DNA from: Spirochaetia bacterium
Lineage (GTDB): Bacteria; Spirochaetota; Spirochaetia; SZUA-6; Bin103
Direction of reading: 5' to 3'
Length of the DNA stretch: 64,000 nt
NCBI GenBank assembly: GCA_965198005.1
Contig: CBDAOI010000004.1
Location: 320,001 to 384,000, forward strand
In this document: positions 42,589 through 53,212 of the stretch, piece by piece
Numbering within the stretch: the stretch's first letter is position 1
Layout: each line of letters begins with the position of its first letter
The notes under the pieces: generated by a model
The model's database searches: none
What the model saw: only the letters and a program-made list of their open reading frames with translations
Told to the model about the DNA's origin: nothing
Made by a program: the position numbers and the translations under genes

Positions 42589-43587
42589 ATGAGAGCCTAT
42601 ATCATCAGGCGGTTATTGCTGATAATCCCCACGCTGTTCATATTGACCATCCTGGTCTTTCTCTCGGTGCGCTTCATCCCCGGCGATGCAATAGACGCAA
42701 TGTTAGGCAGGCTGAGCTACGAGGCTGCCTTCCTTGACCGGGAAGCTCTTGTGCGTATACTGGGATTGGACGTGCCTGCCCACGTGCAGTATGGACGCTG
42801 GCTAGGAGTGTTGCCGACCCCTGACGTTTTTACCGGTGAGTCCCACTTTAAAGGTCTCCTCCAGGGCACCCTTGGCGAATCACTGATGGGCGGTTTTACA
42901 GTAGAGGAGAAGATAATAGCCAGACTGCCGGTAACCATCGAGCTTGGCGTCCTGGCAATCGTGATCGGGCTGATGATAGCCCTGCCGGTCGGCATCTACT
43001 CGGCGATTCGCCAAGATACAGCCGCCGACTACGTGGGGCGCAGCATCGCCATCATCGGCCTGGCAACGCCTAACTTCTGGCTGGCACTTATGGTCATGAT
43101 ATACCCGGCAATCTGGTGGGGCTGGGCGCCACCGATGAAGCTGATTCCTTTCACGGAAGACCCGCTGGGGAATCTCGGGCTGTTCATCATTCCCAGCCTA
43201 ATTCTGGGGACGGCTGCTTCTGCAGCCACCATGCGGATGGCGCGCACCATGATGCTGGAGGTGCTCAGGCAAGACTACATCAGGACTGCCTGGTCAAAGG
43301 GTCTCAACGAGAGGGTAGTTGTTATAAGACACGCCATCAAGAATGCCCTCATCCCGGTAGTTACCCTGGTAGGCCTGCAGTTGCCTATCCTGGTAGGTGG
43401 CTCAGTCATTATCGAGAGCATTTTTAACCTGCCGGGGGCGGGTCGCCTTATGTTAAGCGCACTCCAGGACAGAGACTACCCGGTGATCTCTGGAGTGAAC
43501 CTATTCTTCGCAACCGTGGTTATGGCGAACAATCTATTTATCGACCTGATTTATCCTTATTTGGATCCTCGGGTCCGCTATAGATAA
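42589..43587 (+). CDS. DppB-like ABC permease
   Basis: MRAYIIRR, EVLRQDYIRTA, LDPRVRY. Confidence 0.93.
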   Translation: MRAYIIRRLLLIIPTLFILTILVFLSVRFIPGDAIDAMLGRLSYEAAFLDREALVRILGLDVPAHVQYGRWLGVLPTPDVFTGESHFKGLLQGTLGESLMGGFTVEEKIIARLPVTIELGVLAIVIGLMIALPVGIYSAIRQDTAADYVGRSIAIIGLATPNFWLALMVMIYPAIWWGWAPPMKLIPFTEDPLGNLGLFIIPSLILGTAASAATMRMARTMMLEVLRQDYIRTAWSKGLNERVVVIRHAIKNALIPVVTLVGLQLPILVGGSVIIESIFNLPGAGRLMLSALQDRDYPVISGVNLFFATVVMANNLFIDLIYPYLDPRVRYR

Positions 43588-43605
43588 AGGGGAGAAATCA
43601 GCAAT

Positions 43606-44538
43606 ATGAGTGATGGGAGACCATCAGCAGAAAGTGAGCCAAAGAGACATGCCGGGCCGGCTGGTTTCTTTATCAGACTGGTCAAGGAGAAGCCACTGGG
43701 TACTGCCGGCGGGATTATCATATTGCTCTTGATTCTGGTGGCTATCTTTGCCGATTTTCTGGCTCCTTATCCATATTATGAAGTGCACCCGGCAGACAGG
43801 CTGCAGGGCCCATTCTCATCAGCCCAGTATCTGCTGGGTACCGACCATCTGGGGCGAGACTTCTTAAGCCGCCTTATCTACGGGGCTCGTCTTTCGTTAG
43901 TTGTCGGTCTGGCGGCGACGACGCTGAACGTGGCGGTCGCCGGGCTGATCGGCGGCAGCTCCGGATTCTTCGGCGGCAAACTGGACCTGGCGGTGCAGCG
44001 ATTCGTCGATGCGTGGATGGCGTTCCCGGGACTGCTGCTGTTGTTGACGGTGATGTCGATAGTGGGGCGGGGTATGCTGCAGATAATAGTGGTGCTGGGG
44101 ATAATGGGAGGCATCGCGGGCTCGAGAACGGTCAGAGGCGCTGTTATCGACATAAAGGAGAACACCTATTTTCACGCGGCGGAGTCGATCGGCTCCGCCA
44201 GATGGAGAACATTTGTCCGCCACGTGCTGCCCAATATCGCGCCTGTCGTGATTGTCATCTTCACCATCAACATCGGCGGGGTGATCATCAGTGAGGCGTC
44301 TTTGAGCTTTCTCGGATTCGGTCTGCCGCCGAGCATTCCGAGCTGGGGTGCAATGCTGAGCCGGGAAGGACGTCAGTATATGGAGATTGCGCCATGGCTG
44401 GCTCTCTGGCCTGGCCTTTGCCTGACGATTGTCGTGTACTGTTTTAACATGTTCGGCGACGCGGTGCGGGATCTGCTTGACCCGAGGCTCAGGGGTGGCG
44501 GTGGTGCTCTCGGTGCCGGAGCCGCCGGGTCGGTTTAA
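43606..44538 (+). CDS. DppC-like ABC permease
   Basis: LGTDHLGRD, EASLSFLGFG, GDAVRDLLDPR. Confidence 0.93.
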   Translation: MSDGRPSAESEPKRHAGPAGFFIRLVKEKPLGTAGGIIILLLILVAIFADFLAPYPYYEVHPADRLQGPFSSAQYLLGTDHLGRDFLSRLIYGARLSLVVGLAATTLNVAVAGLIGGSSGFFGGKLDLAVQRFVDAWMAFPGLLLLLTVMSIVGRGMLQIIVVLGIMGGIAGSRTVRGAVIDIKENTYFHAAESIGSARWRTFVRHVLPNIAPVVIVIFTINIGGVIISEASLSFLGFGLPPSIPSWGAMLSREGRQYMEIAPWLALWPGLCLTIVVYCFNMFGDAVRDLLDPRLRGGGGALGAGAAGSV

Positions 44539-44696
44539 GAGGGTTTAAGAGAGCCCGCCTGGGAGCCACGCGCCTGCGCCCGGGCGGCCGTCCAGCCCAG
44601 TCAGCAAGGCGAGGTGCGACGGATCGGGCCCAGATGTCTTCGCGCTCGATCACCCCGGCGCCGGCAGCCTTCGGCTTCGCCATCGCCGCGCCGACC

Positions 44697-45000
44697 CACG
44701 GGTGCGCGCGAACGAAGTTCGCGCCGCCGACCGGTAGCCGGGGCGGTGTCACGCCGCATGCACGGTGACCTCCACCTGGGCTCCTGGTAGCCCTGAACCA
44801 TTTCCCCGCATCGTGTTGAATACTCGGATGATCCTGACACTCACGGCACGCTCACTCTGGAGGACGTTGCGCCACGGGTGTGCATGCGCCGTCGGCTACT
44901 CCGGAGGCGCGCCCGGAACGCGCCCGAGCAGGTCTGTGTATGGGCGTGAGCTGGCCGGTCAGCTCGGAGCCGAGGCCCGTGGCGTATTGGACCCAAGTCG
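44697..45000 (+). repeat. dispersed repeat family B (copy 1, interrupted at 44780-44868)
   Basis: GCGCGAACGAAGTTCGCGC palindrome; TGACCTCCACC and CCGGAGGCGCGCCCGGAACGCG shared with the 51845 and 59085 copies. Confidence 0.7.
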
Positions 45001-45067
45001 CCGCTCGTGAACTGAGGGCAGTGGTAACCACGGAGTCCAGACCGCACGAAGCGGCGTGGACGGGACT

Positions 45068-45260
45068 TCACTCGAACGCCTTCTGTTGGAGCATCCGGAT
45101 GGCTTTCCAGATCTCCTTGCTCTCAATGTCCTGTCGGCGCTCGAGTTTCTTCAGCCGGTCGATGAGCTCCTGGTAGCCCTGAACCATTTCCCCGCATCGT
45201 GTTGAATACTCGGATGATCTGGATGCTGACACTCACGGCACGCTCACTCTGGAGGACGGC
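45068..45260 (-). pseudogene. ORF6N-family protein C-terminal remnant; ~85 bp of it duplicated at 44780-44866
   Basis: VLQSERAVSVSIQIIRVFNTMR/MVQGYQELIDRLKKLE...; direct repeat CTCCTGGTAGCCCTGAACC...CTGGAGGACG. Confidence 0.55.
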
Positions 45261-45691
45261 ATCAAGATCCCGGTCGAGCATCACCCGCGGACCTCGTAGA
45301 TCCTCTGGCGATCACCTGCTGCGAAACGATGTCAGGCACGGCCGGCCACTCCCACTGCATCGCAATCATAGGCCCCGACATCAGCCGCCTCAACGGCCGG
45401 CACACGCACCTCCCTCACGTGGCGGCCGTCCTGTCTCACCTTCTGCGTCGCCAGGCTGTAGCGAGGCACCACCTCAAACGGGGCTGGCTGCGTTTCGGGC
45501 ACCTCTCTCAAACGGCAGACATGAGCGACATCGTCGTCCTATCCCAGCGGCGCTGACGCGCGCCGGGTCCTCGGGGAATCGCCACCGCTGCTGCAATCGT
45601 GCCCATCCCCCGTTCATCAACCGGCAATCACGAAACTGTTGCATAAGCCGCGCGACCATCAACTTCGAGTCTCGATAAGACATGCGGGCAC

Positions 45692-46022
45692 TCAGCGTAG
45701 CGCGAGGAAGGCAGTCTCCGACTGGTCATCAAACTCGAGGAGCCGCTGGTGGCGGAGTTCGAGGAGGCGTACGACGTCACCGGTAGTGCAGTTTCCGAGA
45801 CGGACCCAAGCCACCTTGGGCGGGGCTCCGTGCACCAGGCTCATTTGGTGGAAGTCAGCGTCCTTCGAGACCAATGTGAACCCATGCTGTTTGCCGTATT
45901 CCCAGACCGCGAGGTCATCAGCACGCGAAAGACCGACCGCTCGAACGTGCTGGGATCCGGGGAATAGATGCTTGAGCTCGTCGACTAGGCGGTGCCAGGT
46001 TCTGATCGAAGAGCAGCTTTAC
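45692..46022 (-). pseudogene. DUF5615 PIN-like toxin, start codon lost and frameshifted
   Basis: GTA-KLLFDQNL then a frameshift; VSKDADF, PPKVAWVRLGN. Confidence 0.75.
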
Positions 46023-46246
46023 TCTGGCGGTATTGAGACCAACCTGCGCTCGCGATCCGCAGCGAATTGCAGGCAGGCCCGAATGTCCGCAGCTTCCAGG
46101 TCCGGGAAGTCCTGAAGAATCTGCTGTTCAGTCATTCCCGACGCAAGGTAGTCCAGCACATCGTACACAGTGATCCGCAGCCCACGTATACAGGGCTTGC
46201 CGCCGCGCTTGCCAGGCTCAATGGTGATCCGGTCCGCGTACGTCAT
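46019..46246 (-). CDS. DUF433 antitoxin
   Basis: GKRGGKPCIRGLRITVYDVL..LASG...FPDL. Confidence 0.9.
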   Translation of the reverse strand: MTYADRITIEPGKRGGKPCIRGLRITVYDVLDYLASGMTEQQILQDFPDLEAADIRACLQFAADRERRLVSIPPE

Positions 46247-46349
46247 GTGACCAGCATACATCAACAGCCGCGTCCGCGAACTAGGGGCCTTCGCGCTCCC
46301 TCTGAATCGGCCAATGGGCCCTTTTGCCGGATCACAGGTATCGCCATTT

Positions 46350-47290
46350 CCTATGGTCGGTTACGAAGCCGGTCCAGCTGGCTTTTCACTGTACCGGTTC
46401 CTCACCGAGCTGAATGTGCAGTGCGCGGTGATCGCACCAGGGAGTCTGGTCAGGAGACCGGCGGATCGGGTGAAGACCGATCGACGCGACGCCCGGATGA
46501 TCGCTCATGGGCTGAGGAACGGTGACGTGGATCGTGTGGCCATCCCCACGCCCGAGAACGAGGCGACGCGGGACTTCTTGCGCGCCCGTGACGATCTGCG
46601 TGAAGAGCTCAAGCACTACAAGCAGAGACTCAATCAGCTGCTGCTTCGGCATGGGCTGCAGTACACCGACGGGAGTAAATGGACGCGCGGCCACCGCCAG
46701 TGGATCCAGAACCTGGAGTTCGCGGTCGATCGTCTCAAGCAGACCGCTGAGCTGTACTACTACCGGATCGTTGAGCTCGAGGAGAAGATCTTGCAGATGG
46801 ATCAAGAGATCCAGCAGATCGCGCAGAGCGAACCCTACGCTGAGCCTGTGGGACGGCTCCGCTGCTTCCGCGGCATCGATTGGCTGGTCAATGAGCGCCG
46901 GCGCGGTCAACCCGAGCAGTTCATCGCCTACGCCGATCGCGCCGCTCGCAGGCTCTCCAAGAAGTTCTTTCGTTTGGTGTTCCGCGGCAAGCGCAGCCAA
47001 GTCGCCGTTACCGCGGTCGCTCGTGAGCTGGCCGGATTCGTCTGGGGCGCCATGGTAGGTCAGACCGACGGGATCGAGGCGATCGACGCCGCTTGACCTC
47101 CGGCAACTCATCCCGCGTTCCGGGTACAGCGATGGGCAGAGAACGACAAACGCCGGTGGAGAACCCTCGAGGTAACTATGAGGTGCCACGGGTGGAGGTC
47201 ACCGAGCATCCGGCGTGATACGCGCGGGCTCGCCGCATGCGGTGTGGTGAGGCTCACCGCTTTCCAGACTGGCGCGCGCTCGAACCGTAT
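46350..47290 (+). mobile_element. IS110-family element, internally deleted transposase plus downstream non-coding end
   Basis: YEAGPAGF, VKTDRRDA, GI then a jump to VAVTAVARELAGFVW; GAGAACCCTCG non-coding tail. Confidence 0.8.
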
Positions 47291-47359
47291 GCACGCCAGC
47301 TGCCGAGCAAGTGGATTCTGGAATGCTGGGGCCGGATCGATGGGACGATGGGATCGGAG

Positions 47360-48052
47360 CTGTTGGCAGGATTGTCGCGCTCGCGAGAGAGTGCACCGTT
47401 CGGGGTTAGCAGAGTCGACGAGTATGAAGTGCCATGATGACAGTCAACGCAGTGGCCAGTGGGCAGTTGGCGGTCACGTTCGGTGATCCGACCTATCCGA
47501 CCTCCGAGTGGTTGACCGGGTGGTCGCGTCCATAGCAAGCTTGCCTCGCTTGGGGTCGGACGGATCGGAGATGAAGCGCCATGACTACGCGCCAGGATGG
47601 CGGCAGCGCAGTGGCCGGTGGCCGATGATGTTCGGTGACGTCCGAGTCGTTGACAGGGTGGCCGCGCCCACGCTATCATGTCTGGCTTGGGGCGACGGAT
47701 GCCGATGAAGCGCCATGATGACGCGCCAGGATGGCGGCAGCGCAGTGGCCGGTTGGCCGTGATGACCTCCGATGGGTTGACAGGGTGGGCCGCGGCCATG
47801 CAAGCTTGCCTCGCTTGGGGTCGGACGGAACGGTGATGACGCGTCATGACGACAGTCAGCGCAGTGGCCGGTTAGCGGTCACGTTCGGTGACCTCCGGGT
47901 CGTTGACAGGTTTCCGGCCGCATGCGACGGTTCACCGCTCCGGGTTGGATGGATGAGGCGCCAGGATGGCATGATGCGACATGACGCGCCAGGATGGCGT
48001 AAGCGCTGTAGCCGGTTGGCGGTGACGCGACCGGTGGATCATACCCCCCCCC
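47360..48052 (+). repeat. leader repeat array (~5 units) ending in TA(C)9
   Basis: TTGAC at 47512, 47650, 47777, 47903; TTGACA-N18-TATCAT at 47650. Confidence 0.9.
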
Positions 48053-48237
48053 TGTACCCAACTTTTCGAACCGAGCAACAACTAACCGCTCCGGCTGATC
48101 GCCCCGTACGCGCCTCCGCGCACCCCGTCCCCTTCACTACCGCCGCATCTGTCCGTGGCGCCGGCTCGGCCATCGCTGAGCCACACCCGAAACAGACAAC
48201 ATCCGTCTCGTGTAACTCACCAAAAGAGGAGGTCAAG

Positions 48238-48273
48238 ATGATACTCAAAGAGCCGCACGTGCGCGCGGCGTGA
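48238..48273 (+). CDS. putative leader peptide MILKEPHVRAA
   Basis: SD GAGGAGGT; two synonymous changes relative to the other copies. Confidence 0.55.
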   Translation: MILKEPHVRAA

Positions 48274-48334
48274 GCCCGGGTGAGCCCGGATGAGTCACAC
48301 GCCGCGCGCTTCAGCCATTTGACTCAAACTGGCC

Positions 48335-48393
48335 GTCTGCGTTGCGGGCGCGAGAGTAGCCAGGGAGCGGCAAGTCGCTCCGCAATACTCTCG
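48335..48393 (+). ncRNA. candidate cis-regulatory RNA motif (copy 2)
   Basis: GTCTGC-GTT-GCGGGC (G-U compatible) plus CGAGAGTA...TACTCTCG. Confidence 0.6.
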
Positions 48394-48416
48394 AAATAAC
48401 ATTCAAGGAAGAAACG

Positions 48417-50213
48417 ATGAAGATATTTTTTGCAAGGACCTTCGCGATTGCGTTGGTCCTGATTCTGAGCGCGACCGGCCTGTGGGCCGCCGGCGCAGAT
48501 GAAGAGGGGTCGGCAGCGGCCGCCGACAAGAAGTATGTGACCGACCCCACCACGGGCAAGGTGGTGACCGCGCCAGAGTACGGCGGGACATTGACCCTCC
48601 CCTATGTCCTAGTAGGCGACACTACTGACCCCTTTGTTACTGGCCACTATGCGGGCTTCATCATAGACGGTGTTAATGAGCAACTCGCCTACGGGGACTG
48701 GGGAATAAATAGGCAAGAATTTGACTTTAGAAACCCTTACCTCCCTGTGTTTGCCTTCACAGGGGCTCTGGCTGAAAGCTGGGCAAGGCCTGACCCACTG
48801 ACTTATATCTTCCACATCCGCAAGGGCGTTCACTGGCACGATAAGGCACCGATGAACGGTAGGGAGCTAAATGCCAACGATGTCGTATATACCTATCAGC
48901 GTAATTTGGCTCTGGGTGACTTCACCAAACGTGCCGAGCAGCCTAGCCAGATTATCGACCTGCCATGGGAATCGATAGAGGCCACCGACAAATATACGGT
49001 TGTTATGAAGTTGACGAAGCCGTCCCTCGGTGCGCTGAGGAGTATCCTCGACGACCCGTTTTTTTCTTGGATATACCCCCCCGAGGTAATCGAGAAATAC
49101 GGCGACTATACGGATTGGAGGAACGTGGTGGGCACCGGACCCATGATGCTGACTGACTATGCCGAAGGCGTCTCCAAAACCTATACCAGGAATCCTGACT
49201 ACTGGGGCTACGACCCAAAATACCCGCAGAACCGACTGCCCTATATTGACCAGTTAAGGTCCCTGTATATGGCAGACGAAGCAACACGTATATCGGCGCT
49301 ACGCACGGGTAAGGTTGATATGCTACATCAAGCCGGCGCCGTTAACATAAGAGCCGTCGACGTGGTAAGGAGCCTCCGGAAGACCAACCCCGAAATCGAG
49401 GTGCACAGTTATTACTCGCGGGCGAGCGGGGTCTTTGGTCTGAACATGCACAAGCCGCCCTTTGACGACGTCAGGGTGCGCCACGCTATGCAGATGGCAC
49501 TGGACCTCGAGACGATTAACGATACCTACTTTGCCGGTTATGGAAGGTGGGAACCTATGGGGGGGATTGCCGTCAAGCCGTATGTCAACACATTTAAAGA
49601 CTTTCCCGAAGGGCTCAAGCAATACTACAGGTATGACCCGGAAGGTGCCGAGAAGCTGCTTGATGAGGCGGGATATCCGCGCGGCGCGGACGGCGTTCGA
49701 CTCAAGGTCAACTATGACCACCGCGACGTGGTAGATTTGGGCTATGCGGAAATAGCTGCCAGCTACTGGGCTGATATAGGTGTTGAGGTAACGACTAATA
49801 TTCTTGACACGGCGACTTGGGTCGCTAATAGAGGAGAACATAACTATGAGATGACCGTTGGTGACTCGGGCTTTTACCTGGCCCCTTCCATATGGGTTAA
49901 CCATTATCGCACGGACGTCCTATTTCTGCGCGAATACGTGGGCGGAGTCCAGACCCCTGAGCTGACCGCCGCCTATGATGCCTTTTTCGCCGCTACCACC
50001 GAGGAGGAGCGGGTGAGGGCATATAAAGAGTATGATATGCTCATTCTAAAGCAGCACAATCAGATATGGGGTCCTATGGCTCCAGGGTTTGAGGTGAACC
50101 AGCCGTGGGTCAAAGGTTTTAACGGTGAATTCTCGATAGGAAACATGCTGTATAATAGCGTCCTCGTCCGCCTTTGGATTGACCAGGATCTGAAGCGAGA
50201 AATGGGCTTCTGA
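48417..50213 (+). CDS. family 5 ABC substrate-binding protein (SBP4)
   Basis: Same motif set as SBP3. Confidence 0.93.
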   Translation: MKIFFARTFAIALVLILSATGLWAAGADEEGSAAAADKKYVTDPTTGKVVTAPEYGGTLTLPYVLVGDTTDPFVTGHYAGFIIDGVNEQLAYGDWGINRQEFDFRNPYLPVFAFTGALAESWARPDPLTYIFHIRKGVHWHDKAPMNGRELNANDVVYTYQRNLALGDFTKRAEQPSQIIDLPWESIEATDKYTVVMKLTKPSLGALRSILDDPFFSWIYPPEVIEKYGDYTDWRNVVGTGPMMLTDYAEGVSKTYTRNPDYWGYDPKYPQNRLPYIDQLRSLYMADEATRISALRTGKVDMLHQAGAVNIRAVDVVRSLRKTNPEIEVHSYYSRASGVFGLNMHKPPFDDVRVRHAMQMALDLETINDTYFAGYGRWEPMGGIAVKPYVNTFKDFPEGLKQYYRYDPEGAEKLLDEAGYPRGADGVRLKVNYDHRDVVDLGYAEIAASYWADIGVEVTTNILDTATWVANRGEHNYEMTVGDSGFYLAPSIWVNHYRTDVLFLREYVGGVQTPELTAAYDAFFAATTEEERVRAYKEYDMLILKQHNQIWGPMAPGFEVNQPWVKGFNGEFSIGNMLYNSVLVRLWIDQDLKREMGF

Positions 50214-50390
50214 GGAAACCGCCTCTGGCGGTTTCCATTGCAGGCGCGCTGGGCGCGCCTGCGCCGACTTGCATTGCAGCAGCGCTCCGCGCGGCTGCTC
50301 CGAATCAACTCGCCCCTTGGGCGATTGAATCAGCCTGTTTGCCCCTCTCACCTCCCAGGGTGGGAGGGGCCGGGTCGCGGTGACTGCGTC

Positions 50391-51344
50391 GTGAGAGCCT
50401 ACATCATCCGGCGGCTGCTGCTGGTCATCCCCACCCTGTTCATCCTGAGCGTGCTGGTATTCCTGTCGGTACGCTTCATCCCCGGCGACGTCATCGACGT
50501 CATGGTCAGTCGTATGGATTTCGGCGGCGCAGTCGACCGGGAGCTCGTAGAACGAAGACTCGGCCTGCACCTGCCGATCCATGTACAGTACGGCCGCTGG
50601 ATCGACGGCATCCTCCTGCGCGGCACCCTCGGCGAGTCGCTGATTGGCGGTTGGCGGATCGAGGAGCGCATGCTGGGACGACTGCCGGTCACCACCGAGC
50701 TCGGGCTGCTGGCCATCTTCATCGGCCTGGTCATCGCACTGCCGGTAGGCATCTACTCGGCGGTGCGCCAGTACACCGCCGCCGACTATCTGGGACGGTC
50801 GGTCGCCATCATGGGGCTGGCGACGCCCAACTTCTGGCTGGGAACGATGGTGATGATCTACCCGGCCATCTGGTGGGCGTGGTCGCCACCGATGGAGCTG
50901 GTCCCGTTCGCCCAGGACCCACTCGGCAACCTCGGCATGTTCCTCATCCCCAGCCTGATCCTGGGCACCTACCTGGCGGCCAGCACCATGCGCATGACGC
51001 GCACCATGATGCTGGAGGTGCTGCGCCAGGACTACATTCGCACGGCCTGGGCCAAGGGTCTGCTGGAGCGGTCGGTGATTCTGCGCCACGCGGTCAAGAA
51101 CGCCATCATCCCGGTGGTGACGCTGGTGGGCATGCAGCTGCCGATTCTGGTGGGCGGCTCGGTCATCATCGAGAACATCTTCAACCTGCCGGGGCTGGGG
51201 CGGCTGATGCTCGACGCGCTCCAGACCCGCGACTACCCGGTGGTGTCGGCGGTGAACCTGTTCTTCGCGACGGTGGTGGTGTTCGTGAACCTGCTGACCG
51301 ATCTGCTGTACGCGTCGCTGGACCCGCGGATTCGCTACGAATGA
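50391..51344 (+). CDS. DppB-like ABC permease
   Basis: GTG start (MRAYIIRR), LDPRIRY. Confidence 0.92.
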   Translation: MRAYIIRRLLLVIPTLFILSVLVFLSVRFIPGDVIDVMVSRMDFGGAVDRELVERRLGLHLPIHVQYGRWIDGILLRGTLGESLIGGWRIEERMLGRLPVTTELGLLAIFIGLVIALPVGIYSAVRQYTAADYLGRSVAIMGLATPNFWLGTMVMIYPAIWWAWSPPMELVPFAQDPLGNLGMFLIPSLILGTYLAASTMRMTRTMMLEVLRQDYIRTAWAKGLLERSVILRHAVKNAIIPVVTLVGMQLPILVGGSVIIENIFNLPGLGRLMLDALQTRDYPVVSAVNLFFATVVVFVNLLTDLLYASLDPRIRYE

Positions 51345-51369
51345 GGCAATGAGGCAGTGAGGCAAGCCC

Positions 51370-51738
51370 ATGGGTGACGTATCACAGCTGACGCCGGCCG
51401 TCGGCGAGCCCGCCGCTGGGGCGGCTGGGCAGGCTGGAGCGCGGCGGTTCTTCGGCCGGCTGCTCCGCGAGCAGCCGTTGGGGACCGCCGGCGGCATCGT
51501 CATCCTGCTCCTGGTGCTGATCAGCATCTTCGCCGATGGGCTGGCGCCCTATCGCTTCGAGGAGATCCACCTGCGCGACCGTCTGCAGGCCCCCTCGGCC
51601 CAGTACCTGCTGGGCACCGACCACGTCGGGCGCGACCTGTTGAGCCGCCTCATCCACGGGGCGCGGCTGTCGCTGACGGTGGGGCTGGCCGCCACGGCGC
51701 TCAACGTCGTGGTGGCGGTGCTGACCAAGGCCACCTGA
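51370..51738 (+). pseudogene. DppC-like permease, 3'-truncated
   Basis: LGTDHVGRD; stops at 122 aa. Confidence 0.85.
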
Positions 51739-51844
51739 CCCCCAACCCCGACCATCGCGGCGTTGGACGCCGGCGCCGCTACGGCAAGGGGCACCGGTCG
51801 ATCACCTCTACCCCGACGCCGAGATTCTTGATGCCGACCCTTCG

Positions 51845-52147
51845 CCCGGGGCGGTATGACGCCGGATGCATGTTGACCTCCACCCGTGGCTCCATCCGTG
51901 GCCCCACGGGTGGCATACAGCTCCCAGGCCGCGACAGGGACGTCGTGGGCTGGGAGCGGTTTTGCTGTTCCGGAGGCGCGCCCGGAACGCGTCCGACCAG
52001 GTCGACGGAGCGCCGGACTGGGTATGGGCGTGACCTGACCGGTCAGCCCGAAGCAGCGCCTGGCATCATTTTGTCGGCGCATCATCTTGCACCGCAGACC
52101 GAGTCGGCGGAGTGTACAGGTACCTCATCACACGACTGACGCGTCGT
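51845..52147 (+). repeat. dispersed repeat family B (copy 2)
   Basis: Inverted homology to 59085-59375. Confidence 0.8.
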
Positions 52148-52153
52148 GATGGC

Positions 52154-52774
52154 CTACCGCACTGCAAGGGTGCGGAGAATGTCCTTCATGAGCAGCAGCA
52201 GGTGTAGCTCATCTGTCGGCGAGGGCTCGAACTCCGGGATCAGATGCCGGTAGAAGTCGCTGGCCTCAGAGGTCTCGGCATGGACCAAGAGCCCCCGACA
52301 GCCGATCTCGGTGCCAAGGGCGGCGGTGCGCTTGATTACGTCTTTCAGCATCCCTGCACCCAAACCACGCCGTTCGTGTTGGATACTGACGCCAAGTCGC
52401 GCCAGCAGAGCAACCGGCTGCGGATAACGTCCAGCTCCCTTCCTCAGCCGCTGCGGGGCGGCCTCCACAGCGATGCTTGCCATGCACCATGCGGTAGCGA
52501 AGGGTGAGGCACGCTTCATCAGCTTGCGGAGTCCGGGCAGGTCCCGGGCTTGGCGCTTGTTGATGGCCTCCCAGACCTTGGCAACTTTGGGGGACATGAT
52601 GAACTCGGTGCGATCCGCGAGCACGCGGCGCGCGGCGGTTGTGACGCTGCTCACGACGAACGCAGTGAGATCAGTTCCCACCGCAGCCACGGCTCGGTCG
52701 ATGAGAGCGCGATCCTCTGGCGTTGTCCTGACTTCCAAACGCTCGCTGCAGCGACGGCTCGTGACTGTCAGCAT
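52154..52774 (-). pseudogene. DUF1778 antitoxin fused in frame to an N-terminally deleted GNAT toxin (TacA/TacT-like)
   Basis: ERLEVRTT...LADRTEF...SPF joined to AWCMASI, LLARLGV..HERRGLG, FY. Confidence 0.8.
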
Positions 52775-52800
52775 GTACGGCCAATGTACGTCCTGAGGCG

Positions 52801-53212
52801 TTGACAGGATGGCCGCGTCCATAGCAAGCTTGCCTCGCCTCGGCTTCGACGGATCGATGATGACGCGCCATGACGACAGTCAGCGCAGTGACCGGTTGGC
52901 GGTGACGTTCGGTGACCGCCGAGTCGTTGACAGGCGCGCCGCGCATATGCTAGCGTGCCTCGCCTGGGGCGACGGATGCCGATGAAGCGCCATGATGACA
53001 GTCAGCGCAGTGACGGGTTGCCGGTGACCTTCGCTCACCCCGGTGACCCCCACGAGTCGTTGACGGCGCGCCGCGCCTATGCTAGCGTGCCTCACTTGGG
53101 GTTCGACGGATCGGTGATGAACTGCCATGATGACGCGTCAGGATGGCGTAAGCGCAGTGACCGGTTAGTTGTGACGCAGCCAGTGCATCCTGCTACCCCC
53201 CCCCCCCCCCCC
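52801..53212 (+). repeat. leader repeat array (3 units) ending in TA(C)17
   Basis: TTGAC at 52801, 52927, 53060 (periods 126, 133); near-identical to 38125-38516. Confidence 0.9.

Noticed and set aside
47254-47847. ORFs across the repeat arrays (e.g. MTRHHRSV..., MRHASIGAAR...)
   Set aside because: Frames differ between copies, unit lengths are often not multiples of 3, and the translations are not protein-like.
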